DNA of 64,000 bases. It comes from Acutalibacteraceae bacterium. GTDB taxonomy: Bacteria > Bacillota > Clostridia > Oscillospirales > Acutalibacteraceae. Where the stretch lies: NCBI GenBank assembly GCA_045579865.1, contig JAZNMU010000084.1, forward strand, positions 31,576-95,575. The letters run 5' to 3'. The notes under the pieces are model-generated. The model had not been told where the DNA came from. It made no database searches and saw only the letters and a program-made list of their open reading frames with translations. A program made the translations under genes and the position numbers. Below are positions 43,247 to 54,595 of this stretch, in pieces. The first letter of the stretch is position 1; each line of letters opens with the position of its first letter.

Positions 43247-43871
43247 TGTGGCTCTTCCCAAAGGCAGACTCGGTGAAAAGGTCTATGCCATGTTTGAACA
43301 GTCAGGCTACGAATGTCCTTCTATAAAGGAAAAGGGCAGAAAGCTTATTTTCGAAAACGAAGAAAAGGGTGTACGCTATTTCTGGGTAAAGCCCTCCGAT
43401 GTGGCTATTTATGTAGAAAGAGGTGCCGCTGACATCGGTGTGGCAGGTAAGGATATTCTTTTGGAATATGAGCCCGATGTTTACGAGCTTTTAGACCTTG
43501 ATATCGGTAAATGCGTTATGGCTGTGGCGGCTAAAAAGGACTTCCGTGACAATACGGAGCAGACACTTAAGGTTGCTACCAAATTTTCTAACATTGCACG
43601 TAAATATTACGGCGAAAAGTGCCGTGATATAGATATTATCCACCTTAACGGCTCTATCGAAATCGCACCGATTTTAGGTCTTTCCGACGTTATCGTGGAT
43701 ATAGTGGAAACTGGCAAAACCCTTTATGAGAATAATCTTGCCCCCTTCGAAACCATCGTACCCATCAGCGCAAGACTTATTTCAAATAAGGCATCATACA
43801 AATTCAAGCAGGAGGAAATCGAAAAAATCCGTCTTTCTCTTGCAGAAATTGTGAGGAATTCAGATGATTAA
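43239..43871 (+). CDS. hisG: ATP phosphoribosyltransferase (short form)
   Basis: LPKGRL, DVAIYVERGAADIGVAGKD, IVETGKTL. Confidence 0.9.
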   Translation: MINVALPKGRLGEKVYAMFEQSGYECPSIKEKGRKLIFENEEKGVRYFWVKPSDVAIYVERGAADIGVAGKDILLEYEPDVYELLDLDIGKCVMAVAAKKDFRDNTEQTLKVATKFSNIARKYYGEKCRDIDIIHLNGSIEIAPILGLSDVIVDIVETGKTLYENNLAPFETIVPISARLISNKASYKFKQEEIEKIRLSLAEIVRNSDD

Positions 43872-45144
43872 AATTTTAGAATATAAGAATATAAACAAGG
43901 ACGAAATCTTTTCCAGAATGGCTGAAACCCCCGATGTTTCCGATATAGTCTCAGCTATAATAGAAAATGTAAAAGCCAACGGTGACAAGGCTGTTTTCGA
44001 ATATACGGCTAAGTTTGACAAGGCTGAGTTTTCCTGTCTTGAGGTTACAAAGGAGGAAATCGAAGAGGCTCTTGCACTTGTAGAGCCGAGGTTTCTGAAA
44101 ATACTTGAAACTGCCGCGGAGAACATAAGGAAATTCCACTCAAAGCAGGTTAGAAATTCCTTCGTTATCAGCGAGGATAAGGGTATAGTAACGGGTCAGA
44201 AAATCACTCCTGTGGAAAGAGCAGGTCTTTATGTGCCCGGCGGTACAGCCGCTTATCCTTCCACGGTGCTTATGGACTCCATCCCTGCCAAAATCGCAGG
44301 AGTAAAGGAAATGTGCATCGTCACTCCTCCGAACAGCGAGGGAAAGATTAATCCGGTTATTTTAGCCGCCGCATCAATTGCGGGTGTAGACAGAATTTTC
44401 AAGGTAGGCGGTGCTCAGGCTATTGCGGCACTTGCTTACGGTACTGAAAGCATTCCCAAGGTTGATAAAATAGTAGGCCCCGGTAACGCCTTCGTTGCCG
44501 AAGCGAAAAAGCAGGTTTACGGCCTCGTTTCCATCGATATGATAGCAGGACCAAGTGAAATCCTCGTCCTTGCTGACGCAAAGAGCAACCCTGCTTATGT
44601 GGCTGCTGATCTTCTTTCACAGGCTGAGCACGATAAGAATGCAAGTGCCGTACTCGTTACGGAATCACTTGAATTAGCCGAAAAGGTAAGCGCTGAGCTT
44701 GAAAAACAGATTCCTATGCTTGAAAGAGCGGAAATCGCCAGAGCATCCATAGATAATAACGGTAAAATCATCGTTGCTGAGACTCTTACACAGGGTATCG
44801 ACATCGCAAACGAGCTTGCTCCCGAACACCTGGAGCTCTGTGTGGACAATCCCTTCGATTATCTTGACAGTGTAAAGAACGCAGGCAGCATCTTTATGGG
44901 TAGATACTGTCCCGAGGCACTCGGTGACTATTATGCAGGACCCAATCACACCTTACCCACAGGCGGTACGGCAAGATTTTCAAGTCCTCTCTCCGTTGAC
45001 GATTTCGTAAAAAAATCACAGTTCACTTATTATACTAAGGAAGCGCTCTTTGCCGTGGCAGAGGATGTAGGCTTCTTTGCGGAGAAAGAGGGACTTACTG
45101 CCCACGCAAAAAGTGCAGTTATCAGATTAGGTGAAAAAGAATGA
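43864..45144 (+). CDS. hisD: histidinol dehydrogenase
   Basis: YVPGGTAAYPSTVLM, GPGNAFV, SQAEHD, GDY.AGPNHTLPT. Confidence 0.9.
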   Translation: MIKILEYKNINKDEIFSRMAETPDVSDIVSAIIENVKANGDKAVFEYTAKFDKAEFSCLEVTKEEIEEALALVEPRFLKILETAAENIRKFHSKQVRNSFVISEDKGIVTGQKITPVERAGLYVPGGTAAYPSTVLMDSIPAKIAGVKEMCIVTPPNSEGKINPVILAAASIAGVDRIFKVGGAQAIAALAYGTESIPKVDKIVGPGNAFVAEAKKQVYGLVSIDMIAGPSEILVLADAKSNPAYVAADLLSQAEHDKNASAVLVTESLELAEKVSAELEKQIPMLERAEIARASIDNNGKIIVAETLTQGIDIANELAPEHLELCVDNPFDYLDSVKNAGSIFMGRYCPEALGDYYAGPNHTLPTGGTARFSSPLSVDDFVKKSQFTYYTKEALFAVAEDVGFFAEKEGLTAHAKSAVIRLGEKE

Positions 45145-46205
45145 GCAGATTTTTAAATGAAAGATATTCGTCCCTCGAAAGGTATGTTCCCGGTGAACAG
45201 CCTCAGGACAAAAAATACATAAAGCTTAATACCAACGAGTCACCATTTCCCCCTTCGCCGAAGGTAATCGAGGGACTCGATAAGGAAGAAAAGGAAAAGC
45301 TATGCCTTTACTGCGATCCCGAATGTAAGGGGCTCAAAAAGGCTCTTGCCGACCTTTACGGCGTGAAGAGTGAAAATGTTTTCCTTTCTAACGGCTCGGA
45401 TGATATACTCAACTTTGCCTTTATGGTATGGGGTAAGGACGGAGCGATTTTTCCTGACATAACCTACGGCTTTTATACGGTGTTCTGCGAACTTCACGGA
45501 GTGAAGTATACACAGTATCCGCTGAAGGACGATTTTTCCATCGATGCCGCAGACTACATCGGTAAAAAGGAATTTGCCGTAATCGCCAACCCAAACGCTC
45601 CCACAGGTATGACTATGGATATGAGCGACATTGAAAAAATCGTAGCATCAAATCCCGACAGAGTTGTACTTATCGACGAGGCTTATGTAGACTTCGGCGG
45701 TGAAAGTGCATTGCCTCTTACTGAAAAATACGATAATGTTCTCGTGTGTCAGACCTTTTCGAAGTCACGCTCTCTGGCGGGTGCAAGACTCGGTTTTGCT
45801 ATCGGTAATAAATCGCTTATAGAAGACCTTGACCTTATAAAATACTCCACCAACCCTTACAATGTGAACCGCCTTACACAGAAGGCAGGGGAGTATGCAG
45901 TGGAGGAAAACGAGTATTATGTGAATAACTGCAAAAGGATAATCGAAAACAGAGAGTATACGCAGAATGAACTCGAAAAGCTCGGGTTTACCGTTCTCGA
46001 TTCAAAGGCAAATTTTATCTTCGTAAAAAGTGATAAAATCAGCGGAGCAGAGCTTTACACTGCACTCAAGGACAAGGGTGTTCTCGTCCGTCATTTCACT
46101 AAAGAAAGAATAAAGGATTATAACCGTGTGACAATCGGCTCAAAAGAGCAGATGGAAAAATTTATCGAATGTGTCACGGAAATACTGGAAGGAGAAGAAA
46201 AATGA
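45141..46205 (+). CDS. hisC: histidinol-phosphate aminotransferase
   Basis: KLNTNESP, NPNAPTG, TFSKSRSLAGARLG. Confidence 0.9.
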   Translation: MSRFLNERYSSLERYVPGEQPQDKKYIKLNTNESPFPPSPKVIEGLDKEEKEKLCLYCDPECKGLKKALADLYGVKSENVFLSNGSDDILNFAFMVWGKDGAIFPDITYGFYTVFCELHGVKYTQYPLKDDFSIDAADYIGKKEFAVIANPNAPTGMTMDMSDIEKIVASNPDRVVLIDEAYVDFGGESALPLTEKYDNVLVCQTFSKSRSLAGARLGFAIGNKSLIEDLDLIKYSTNPYNVNRLTQKAGEYAVEENEYYVNNCKRIIENREYTQNELEKLGFTVLDSKANFIFVKSDKISGAELYTALKDKGVLVRHFTKERIKDYNRVTIGSKEQMEKFIECVTEILEGEEK

Positions 46206-46789
46206 GACAGGCTATCCTTAACAGAGAAACAGCAGAAACCAAAATAAATCTTTCCCTTTGTCTTGACGGCAAGGGTGAAAGCGAAATAAAGACAGGCTGC
46301 GGTTTTTTAGACCATATGTTTACCCTCTTTGCAAGACACGGTGACTTTGACCTTAAAATCGACTGCAAGGGTGACACAGAGGTGGACTACCACCACACCG
46401 CCGAGGATATCGGTATTGTCTTAGGCAAGGCTTTTAAGGAAGCTCTCGGAGATATGAAGGGCATCACCCGCTACGGCAGTGTGATTCTGCCTATGGATGA
46501 AAGTCTTATTCTGGTAGCTGCCGACATTTCGGGCAGAAGCCACCTTTCTTATTCTCTTGACATTCCCACAGAAAAGGTGGGCGACTTTGATACAGGGCTT
46601 GTGAAGGAGTTTTTCCTCGCCTTCGTAAGAAATGCAGACATCACTCTTCACATTAAAAAGCTCGACGGTGAAAACTCTCACCACATCATCGAGGGCGCTT
46701 TCAAGGCCTTTGCCCGCACAATGAAGCAGGCAGTAAAAATCGATGAGAATAATAAGGATAAAATTCCTTCCACAAAGGGTGTGCTTTAA
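46202..46789 (+). CDS. hisB: imidazoleglycerol-phosphate dehydratase
   Basis: RETAETKI, GFLDHM, HHTAED and NSHHIIEA-type motifs. Confidence 0.9.
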   Translation: MRQAILNRETAETKINLSLCLDGKGESEIKTGCGFLDHMFTLFARHGDFDLKIDCKGDTEVDYHHTAEDIGIVLGKAFKEALGDMKGITRYGSVILPMDESLILVAADISGRSHLSYSLDIPTEKVGDFDTGLVKEFFLAFVRNADITLHIKKLDGENSHHIIEGAFKAFARTMKQAVKIDENNKDKIPSTKGVL

Positions 46790-47400
46790 TGATAGCGATA
46801 ATTGACTACGGTGTGGGTAACCTTTTCTCACTAAAATCCTCCTTCTGTGCCATAGGGCAAGAGGTAAAGGTTACCGACAGCGCCGATGAAATAAGAAAAG
46901 CCGATAAAATCATTCTCCCCGGCGTAGGTGCCTTCGAGGATGCGGTGAAAAAGCTTAAAAATACAGGCCTCGACCTTGTGCTTAAAGAGGAAGCCGCAAA
47001 GGGTAAGCCCGTTATGGGCATATGTCTCGGTATGCAGATGCTTTTCGAAAGAAGCTTCGAATACGGCTGTCACGAGGGCTTAGGTCTTATCAAGGGTGAC
47101 ATCATACCCTTCGAGGGAAAGATAGACTCTTCTCTGAAAATTCCCCACATCGGCTGGAATGCTTTGGAGATAAAAGAGGATTTACCCATTTTCAAATATA
47201 TTAAAAACGGTGACCATGTTTATTTCGTTCATTCCTATTTCGCCGCAGTTACCGATGAAACTATAGCAAAATGTGAGTACGGAACAGTTTTCACCGCCGC
47301 CGTAGGTAAGGGCAATATTTACGGCTGTCAGTTCCATCCCGAAAAAAGCGGACAGGTGGGACTTAATATACTTAAAGGATTCTGCGAACTCGGAGGTTAA
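46789..47400 (+). CDS. hisH: imidazole glycerol phosphate synthase, glutaminase subunit
   Basis: DYGVGNL, PGVGAF, GICLGMQ, FHPEKS. Confidence 0.9.
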   Translation: MIAIIDYGVGNLFSLKSSFCAIGQEVKVTDSADEIRKADKIILPGVGAFEDAVKKLKNTGLDLVLKEEAAKGKPVMGICLGMQMLFERSFEYGCHEGLGLIKGDIIPFEGKIDSSLKIPHIGWNALEIKEDLPIFKYIKNGDHVYFVHSYFAAVTDETIAKCEYGTVFTAAVGKGNIYGCQFHPEKSGQVGLNILKGFCELGG

Positions 47401-47403
47401 GAA

Positions 47404-48117
47404 ATGCTTATTTTACCCGCAATTGACCTTTATGATAAAAAAGCCGTACGACTTTATAAGGGCGACTATGAACAGATGACAGTTTACAGTAATAACCCTC
47501 TCGAAATTGCAAGAGACTTTGAAAAGAAGGGTGCTACCTTTGTTCATCTCGTTGACCTTGAGGGTGCTAAAAACGGCACAACTCCCAATATCGACATAGT
47601 AAGAAAAATCGCCGACTATACCTCTCTCGACATCGAAATCGGCGGAGGCATAAGAGACGAGGAGACTATAAAGAAATATCTTGACTTAGGTGTTACAAGA
47701 GTGATTTTAGGTACAGCCGCCGTGACGGACAGTGAGTTTCTGGAGAGAGTTACTGCTAAATATAAAAGCGCCATAGCTGTCGGTGTGGACCTTAAGGACG
47801 GCTATGTTGCCATCAAGGGCTGGACGGAAAAATCACAGAAGACAGCCGATGAGTTTTTCTCTTATCTTTCCTCTATAGGTGTGAAAACCGTTATCTGCAC
47901 CGATATTTCGAAGGACGGTGCTATGGAGGGTACAAACCGTGCTCTTTATAAGGGGCTTTCGGAAAAATACAGTATGGACATCGTAGCTTCGGGCGGTGTT
48001 TCTTCTCTCGAAGACATCGAGGCTCTCCGTGAAATGAATCTCTACGGTGCTATTTTAGGCAAGGCTTACTACATAGGTGCAGTTGACCTTGAGAAGGCAA
48101 TCGAGGTGGCAAAATGA
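47404..48117 (+). CDS. hisA: ProFAR isomerase
   Basis: PAIDL..K.VRL.KG, HLVDLEGA, GGGIR. Confidence 0.9.
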   Translation: MLILPAIDLYDKKAVRLYKGDYEQMTVYSNNPLEIARDFEKKGATFVHLVDLEGAKNGTTPNIDIVRKIADYTSLDIEIGGGIRDEETIKKYLDLGVTRVILGTAAVTDSEFLERVTAKYKSAIAVGVDLKDGYVAIKGWTEKSQKTADEFFSYLSSIGVKTVICTDISKDGAMEGTNRALYKGLSEKYSMDIVASGGVSSLEDIEALREMNLYGAILGKAYYIGAVDLEKAIEVAK

Positions 48118-48869
48118 TAACAAAAAGAATCATACCCTGCCTCGATGTGAAAAACGGCAGAGTGGTAAAGGGTACTAATTTTAAAAATCTGAACGATGTT
48201 TCCTCTCCCGTGGAACTGGCAAGATATTACAGCGAATGCGGCGCAGACGAGCTCGTTTTTTATGACATTACCGCCTCCTATGAGGGCAGACAGCTTTTTA
48301 CGGACATACTCAAGGAAGTAGCCTCGCAGATATTCATTCCCCTGACCGTTGGCGGCGGAATAAACACGGTAGAGGACTTCGACCGTGTGCTTAAATGCGG
48401 TGCGGATAAGGTAAGCGTTAATTCGGGTGCCATAAAAAATCCCGAACTTATCTCTCAGGCGGCCCGACTTTACGGTAATCAGTGCGTAGTTCTTTCTGCT
48501 GACATAAAGAGAGTGGACGGACAGTTCCGCATCTTTGCTAAAGGCGGCAGAGAGGATACAGGTATAGAGGCTATCGGCTGGATAAAGAAATGCGTGGAAA
48601 TGGGCGCAGGTGAAGTGGTGGTTAACTCCATCGATACCGACGGAGTGAAAAAGGGCTTCGACATCGAAATGCTCAAGGCCGTCAGAGAGGCGGTCAATGT
48701 TCCCGTAATCGCTTCGGGCGGTGCAGGCTCGGCAGAGGATTTCGTAACTCTTTTCAAAGAAATTCCCGATATGGACGCAGGTCTTGCCGCATCTATCTTC
48801 CATTTCTCCGAGGTGCTTATACCCGACCTTAAAAAGCTTATGAAAGAAAACGACATTAATGTGAGGTAA
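48114..48869 (+). CDS. hisF: imidazole glycerol phosphate synthase, cyclase subunit
   Basis: KRIIPCLDVKNGRVVKG, GADELVFYDITAS, GGGI, ASGGAG. Confidence 0.9.
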   Translation: MITKRIIPCLDVKNGRVVKGTNFKNLNDVSSPVELARYYSECGADELVFYDITASYEGRQLFTDILKEVASQIFIPLTVGGGINTVEDFDRVLKCGADKVSVNSGAIKNPELISQAARLYGNQCVVLSADIKRVDGQFRIFAKGGREDTGIEAIGWIKKCVEMGAGEVVVNSIDTDGVKKGFDIEMLKAVREAVNVPVIASGGAGSAEDFVTLFKEIPDMDAGLAASIFHFSEVLIPDLKKLMKENDINVR

Positions 48870-48872
48870 ACT

Positions 48873-49526
48873 ATGATTGACTTCGATATAAATAAACTTA
48901 AATTTGATGAAAAGGGACTTATCCCTGCCGTGGTGGTGGACAGCATTACGAAAAAGGTTCTCACCGTGGCATATATGAACAAAGAAAGCCTCGAAATCTC
49001 CCTCGAAAAGGGACTCACTTGCTTCTTCTCCCGTTCACGGCAGGAGCTGTGGCTTAAGGGCGAAACCAGCGGCAACTATCAGCACATTGTTTCTATCACC
49101 GCTGACTGTGATTACGATGCGCTGACCGTAGTGGTGGAAAAGGACGGCCCCGCCTGTCATAAGGGTACGGATTCCTGCTTCACTAACGAGGTGTACAGAA
49201 GCGAGAATCTTCAGGAATTCTCTCTTCAGGGTCTTTACGATCTGCTTAAGGACAGAAAGGAAACTTTACCCGAGGGCTCATATACCACCTATCTTTTTCA
49301 GAAGGGTATCGATAAAATCCTTAAAAAGGTGGGCGAGGAATGTACAGAGGTTATCATAGCCGCCAAGGCAGACGACAAGGCTGAGACGGTTTATGAAATT
49401 GCTGACCTTGCTTATCACGTGATGGTGCTTATGAACGAAATGGGTATCACCGTAGAGGACGTACACAGAGAGCTCGCTTCAAGACACGTTATTGACCACA
49501 AGGTAAAGCAGGAAAAAATGACATAA
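48873..49526 (+). CDS. hisI: bifunctional phosphoribosyl-AMP cyclohydrolase / phosphoribosyl-ATP pyrophosphatase
   Basis: LIPAVVVD, SRSRQELW.KGETSGN, then EE..E....ADL.YH. Confidence 0.9.
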   Translation: MIDFDINKLKFDEKGLIPAVVVDSITKKVLTVAYMNKESLEISLEKGLTCFFSRSRQELWLKGETSGNYQHIVSITADCDYDALTVVVEKDGPACHKGTDSCFTNEVYRSENLQEFSLQGLYDLLKDRKETLPEGSYTTYLFQKGIDKILKKVGEECTEVIIAAKADDKAETVYEIADLAYHVMVLMNEMGITVEDVHRELASRHVIDHKVKQEKMT

Positions 49527-49539
49527 AGGCTTAATTTTA

Positions 49540-49569
49540 TTGACAATGTACTTTTTACTGTGATATAAT
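49540..49569 (+). promoter_or_regulatory. ilv operon promoter
   Basis: TTGACA-N18-TATAAT with an extended TG. Confidence 0.55.
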
Positions 49570-49607
49570 AAAATTTAGTAATTTAAAGCAACAGGAGTTA
49601 CAAAAAA

Positions 49608-51293
49608 ATGAAACTGACAGGCTCACAAATTGTAATAGAAACCCTTATAGAGCAAGGTGTAACCGATGTTTTCGGTTATCCGGGCGGTCAGGTTTTGAAC
49701 ATATATGATGCTCTTTATCAGGCGGGGGACAGAATCAATCACGTTCTCACAGCCCATGAGCAGGGTGTGGCACACGCGGCGGACGGATATTCCAGAGCTA
49801 CGGGTAAGGTAGGCGTGGTTATCGCTACCTCGGGCCCCGGTGCTACAAACCTCGTTACGGGTATCGCTACGGCTATGCTGGACTCGGTGCCTATGGTAGC
49901 CATTACGGGTAATGTTCCCACCTCTCTTATCGGTAGGGACAGCTTCCAGGAAATCGACATTACGGGCGTAACCCTTCCCATAACCAAGCATAACTATTTC
50001 GTAAGTGATGTAAATGAGCTCGCAGGCACTATCCGTGAGGCCTTTAAAATCGCCAAATCGGGAAGACCCGGTCCTGTGCTTGTGGACATTCCTAAGGATA
50101 TACAGTTAGCCTTAGCCGACTATGAAAAGGAAGATATAGTTGCTCCCTTTGAAACGAAAAAGGCAAAGGATAAATACATAGAAAAGGCCGCAGAGCTTAT
50201 CGCCGAAAGCGAAAGACCCTACATATATATCGGCGGCGGTGCTATGGGGCAGAATATGGCTGATGAGATTATCGCCTTCGCTGAAAAGACAGACGGCTAC
50301 ATCGGTGCATCCTTTATGGGTCTTTCCCTTATTCCTTCGTCCCACGAAAGATTTTTAGGTATGCAGGGTATGCACGGACACTATGCTTCGTCAATGGCAC
50401 AGAAGGAGGCCGATCTGATTATCGGTATCGGTGTCCGCTTCAGTGACAGAGCCACGGGCAACACGCAGAAATTTGCAAAGAAAACAAAGATTATCCACAT
50501 CGAAGCAGACAGGTCGGAGATCAATAAGAATGTTTCTGTAGATGTAGGTGTTCACGGAGATATAAGGGATAGCCTTAAGAGAATCACAGAGTTTTGCGAA
50601 AAGAAAAATCTTCCCTTATGGAAGGAAAAAATCGATTCTCTTAAAAAGCAGGAGAAAATCAACGATGAGAATATAGAAAAGGCAACTGTAGCGCCACTCA
50701 CTCCGAAGATGATTTTCGATGTCATAAATAAATATAAAGAAAAAGATACTGTTATCGCTACGGATGTAGGACAGCATCAGATGTGGACAGCACAGTATGC
50801 GGACTTCACCAGTAACCGTACCTTCATTTCCAGCGGAGGACTCGGTACTATGGGCTACGGTCTCGGCGCCGCCATCGGTGCCGCTGTGGCGAAAAAGGAA
50901 GCCACCGTTTTAGTTACCGGTGACGGCTCCTTCGGTATGAATCTCAATGAGCTTGCGACAGCGGTTACTTATGACCTTCCCGTTGTAATTGTTCTTCTCA
51001 ATAACGGTGTGCTCGGTATGGTACGTCAGTGGCAGACACTCTTTTTCGGTAAAAGATATTCCCACACTCTTCTGGGAAGAAAGACTGACTTCGTAAAGCT
51101 TGCCGAGGCCTTCGGTGCCACAGGTAAAAGCGCAGAAACCAAGGAAGAATTTGAAAAGCATTTTTCTGAGGCTATGGAAAAGGGCGGAGTTACGGTTATC
51201 GATACGAAAATAAATATGGACGAATTTGTTCTTCCTATGCTTCCCCCCGGAGGCTCAATAGAGGATATAATTGTAAGCGTGGAGGAAAAATGA
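49608..51293 (+). CDS. ilvB: acetolactate synthase large subunit
   Basis: ThDP enzyme motifs: GYPGG, ATSGPGATN, GDGSF.MN..EL.T. Confidence 0.9.
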   Translation: MKLTGSQIVIETLIEQGVTDVFGYPGGQVLNIYDALYQAGDRINHVLTAHEQGVAHAADGYSRATGKVGVVIATSGPGATNLVTGIATAMLDSVPMVAITGNVPTSLIGRDSFQEIDITGVTLPITKHNYFVSDVNELAGTIREAFKIAKSGRPGPVLVDIPKDIQLALADYEKEDIVAPFETKKAKDKYIEKAAELIAESERPYIYIGGGAMGQNMADEIIAFAEKTDGYIGASFMGLSLIPSSHERFLGMQGMHGHYASSMAQKEADLIIGIGVRFSDRATGNTQKFAKKTKIIHIEADRSEINKNVSVDVGVHGDIRDSLKRITEFCEKKNLPLWKEKIDSLKKQEKINDENIEKATVAPLTPKMIFDVINKYKEKDTVIATDVGQHQMWTAQYADFTSNRTFISSGGLGTMGYGLGAAIGAAVAKKEATVLVTGDGSFGMNLNELATAVTYDLPVVIVLLNNGVLGMVRQWQTLFFGKRYSHTLLGRKTDFVKLAEAFGATGKSAETKEEFEKHFSEAMEKGGVTVIDTKINMDEFVLPMLPPGGSIEDIIVSVEEK

Positions 51294-51793
51294 TGAACAA
51301 ATATGTTATAGCGGCTCTCGTTGAAAACAAGCCCGGTGTTCTCACCCGAGTTTCTTCGATGTTTACCCGACGCGGTTTCAATATCGACGCCCTCACAGTT
51401 GGTGAAATCGAGGACAGCAATTATTCGCGAATCACCATCACCATCACCGGTGACGAAAATACCCGTGACCAGTTTGTAAGTCAGCTGCGTAAGCTCTTCA
51501 ACGTCAAAAAGGTGCAGGTGCTTGAATCAGGAAACACCGTAAGCCGTGAGCTTCTTTTAATCAAGGTAAGGAATTCACCTGAAATCAGACCTGAGATTAT
51601 GGCGGCGGCAGAGGTTTACCGCGGAAAAATCATCGACTATGCAGCTGATGTTATGAGTGTGGAGGTTACGGGCGAGCCTGTTAAAATCGACTCATTCATC
51701 GAACTTATGAAGCCTATGGGTATACTCGAAATGTGCCGTACAGGTATAGTAGCCATTGAAAGAGGCAAGGGCACATTATTAACAGTGGAATAA
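51290..51793 (+). CDS. ilvN: acetolactate synthase small (regulatory) subunit
   Basis: LVENKPGVLTRVSSMFTRRGFNI ACT domain. Confidence 0.9.
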   Translation: MMNKYVIAALVENKPGVLTRVSSMFTRRGFNIDALTVGEIEDSNYSRITITITGDENTRDQFVSQLRKLFNVKKVQVLESGNTVSRELLLIKVRNSPEIRPEIMAAAEVYRGKIIDYAADVMSVEVTGEPVKIDSFIELMKPMGILEMCRTGIVAIERGKGTLLTVE

Positions 51794-52855
<1,062 letters not shown>

Positions 52856-52918
52856 TTTACATAAAACCAAAAGGGCTATGCAGATGTGCAGAGCCCTTTT
52901 TCAGAAAGGACTGTTATT

Positions 52919-54583
52919 ATGATTAAAGATACAATCGTAGACGGCTTTCAGAATGCCCCTCACCGTTCACTTTACCACGCTCTCGGTATGACCAAGGAGG
53001 AAATGGACAGACCTCTCATCGGTATCGTTTCCTCCTTCAATGAAATCGTACCAGGTCATATCCATCTTGATAAAATCGCACAGGCTGTAAAGCTGGGCGT
53101 AGCTATGGCAGGAGGTACTCCCATCGTTTTCCCTGCCATTACTGTCTGTGACGGCATCGCTATGGGACACAAGGGTATGAAGTACTCTCTTGTAACCCGT
53201 GACCTCATCGCCGACTCTACCGAGGCTATGGTCCTCGCTCACGGCTTTGACGGTCTGGTTATGATTCCCAACTGCGACAAAAATGTTCCCGGCCTTCTTA
53301 TGGCTGCGGCAAGACTTAACATTCCCACTGTTTTCGTTTCCGGCGGTCCTATGCTTGCGGGCAGAATGCACGGAAAAAAGACAAGCCTTTCAAGTATGTT
53401 TGAGGCTGTAGGTGCTTATACTGCGGGCAAGATTGATGATGAAGAACTCACCAAGTGGGAAGAGAACACCTGTCCTACCTGCGGCTCCTGCTCAGGTATG
53501 TACACGGCTAACTCAATGAACTGCCTTACAGAGGTTCTCGGTATGGGACTTAAGGGTAACGGCACCATTCCCGCCGTTTATTCACAGAGAACCGAGCTTG
53601 CAAAGCACGCAGGTATGCAGATTATGGAGCTGGTCAGAAAGGACATCAAGCCCCGTGACATTATGACTCCCGCCGCAATTAAAAACGCTCTTATTGCCGA
53701 TATGGCTATCGGCTGCAGTACAAACAGTATGCTTCACCTTCCCGCCATCGCAAATGAGCTCGGCATAGAATTCAATCTTGATATGGCTAACGAGGTCAGC
53801 GAAAAGACTCCTAACCTCTGCCACCTTGCTCCTGCAGGTCATACCTATATGGAGGATCTTAACGAGGCAGGCGGTGTTTATGCAGTGCTCAAGGAGCTGG
53901 AAAAGCTCGACCTTATCGATACATCAGTTATGACCTGTACAGGAAAAACTCTTAAGGAAAATCTTGAGGGTGTCGTAAACAGAGACGAAGAGGTAGTGCG
54001 TACCGCAGAAACAGCCTTCTCAAAGACAGGCGGTATTGCCGTTCTCAGAGGTAATCTTGCTCCCGACGGCTGCGTGGTAAAAAGAAGTGCTGTCGCTCCC
54101 GAAATGCTCGTGCATAAGGGCCCTGCCAAGGTCTTTGACAGCGAAGAGGAGTGTATAGCCGCAATTTACGGCGGTAAGATAGTAAGCGGTGATGTGGTGG
54201 TTATCCGCTATGAGGGTCCTGCAGGCGGTCCCGGTATGAGAGAGATGCTTTCTCCGACCTCTGCCATTGCAGGTATGGGACTTGACAAGGAGGTTGCTCT
54301 TATCACTGACGGCAGATTCTCAGGTGCTACGAGAGGTGCATCAATCGGTCACATTTCACCTGAAGCAGTAAGAGGCGGTCTCATTGCTTATGTTCAGGAC
54401 GGAGACATTATCTCTATTAACATTCCCGAATATAAAATCGAGCTTCTTGTCTCCGATAAGGAAATCGAAAAGAGAAAAGAAACCACCGTAATCAAAGAGA
54501 AAACCGACATCAAGGGTTATCTCCGCCGTTACGCTAAAATGGCTAAATCAGCCGACAAGGGCGCAATCATCAACGAATTTTAA
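52919..54583 (+). CDS. ilvD: dihydroxy-acid dehydratase
   Basis: [30 protein letters not shown]. Confidence 0.9.
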   Translation: MIKDTIVDGFQNAPHRSLYHALGMTKEEMDRPLIGIVSSFNEIVPGHIHLDKIAQAVKLGVAMAGGTPIVFPAITVCDGIAMGHKGMKYSLVTRDLIADSTEAMVLAHGFDGLVMIPNCDKNVPGLLMAAARLNIPTVFVSGGPMLAGRMHGKKTSLSSMFEAVGAYTAGKIDDEELTKWEENTCPTCGSCSGMYTANSMNCLTEVLGMGLKGNGTIPAVYSQRTELAKHAGMQIMELVRKDIKPRDIMTPAAIKNALIADMAIGCSTNSMLHLPAIANELGIEFNLDMANEVSEKTPNLCHLAPAGHTYMEDLNEAGGVYAVLKELEKLDLIDTSVMTCTGKTLKENLEGVVNRDEEVVRTAETAFSKTGGIAVLRGNLAPDGCVVKRSAVAPEMLVHKGPAKVFDSEEECIAAIYGGKIVSGDVVVIRYEGPAGGPGMREMLSPTSAIAGMGLDKEVALITDGRFSGATRGASIGHISPEAVRGGLIAYVQDGDIISINIPEYKIELLVSDKEIEKRKETTVIKEKTDIKGYLRRYAKMAKSADKGAIINEF

Positions 54584-54595
54584 AAGAGGCTTTAT

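Noticed and set aside
48069-49075. Long antisense ORFs inside hisF/hisIE. Similar ones occur at 54905-55543, 51917-52528, 30130-30774, 24150-24764, 40827-41336, 32201-32617, 38961-39542 and 63294-63728.
   Set aside because: They lie entirely opposite well-supported conserved genes. They have odd low-complexity composition and no RBS. They are typical shadow ORFs of GC-richer coding DNA.
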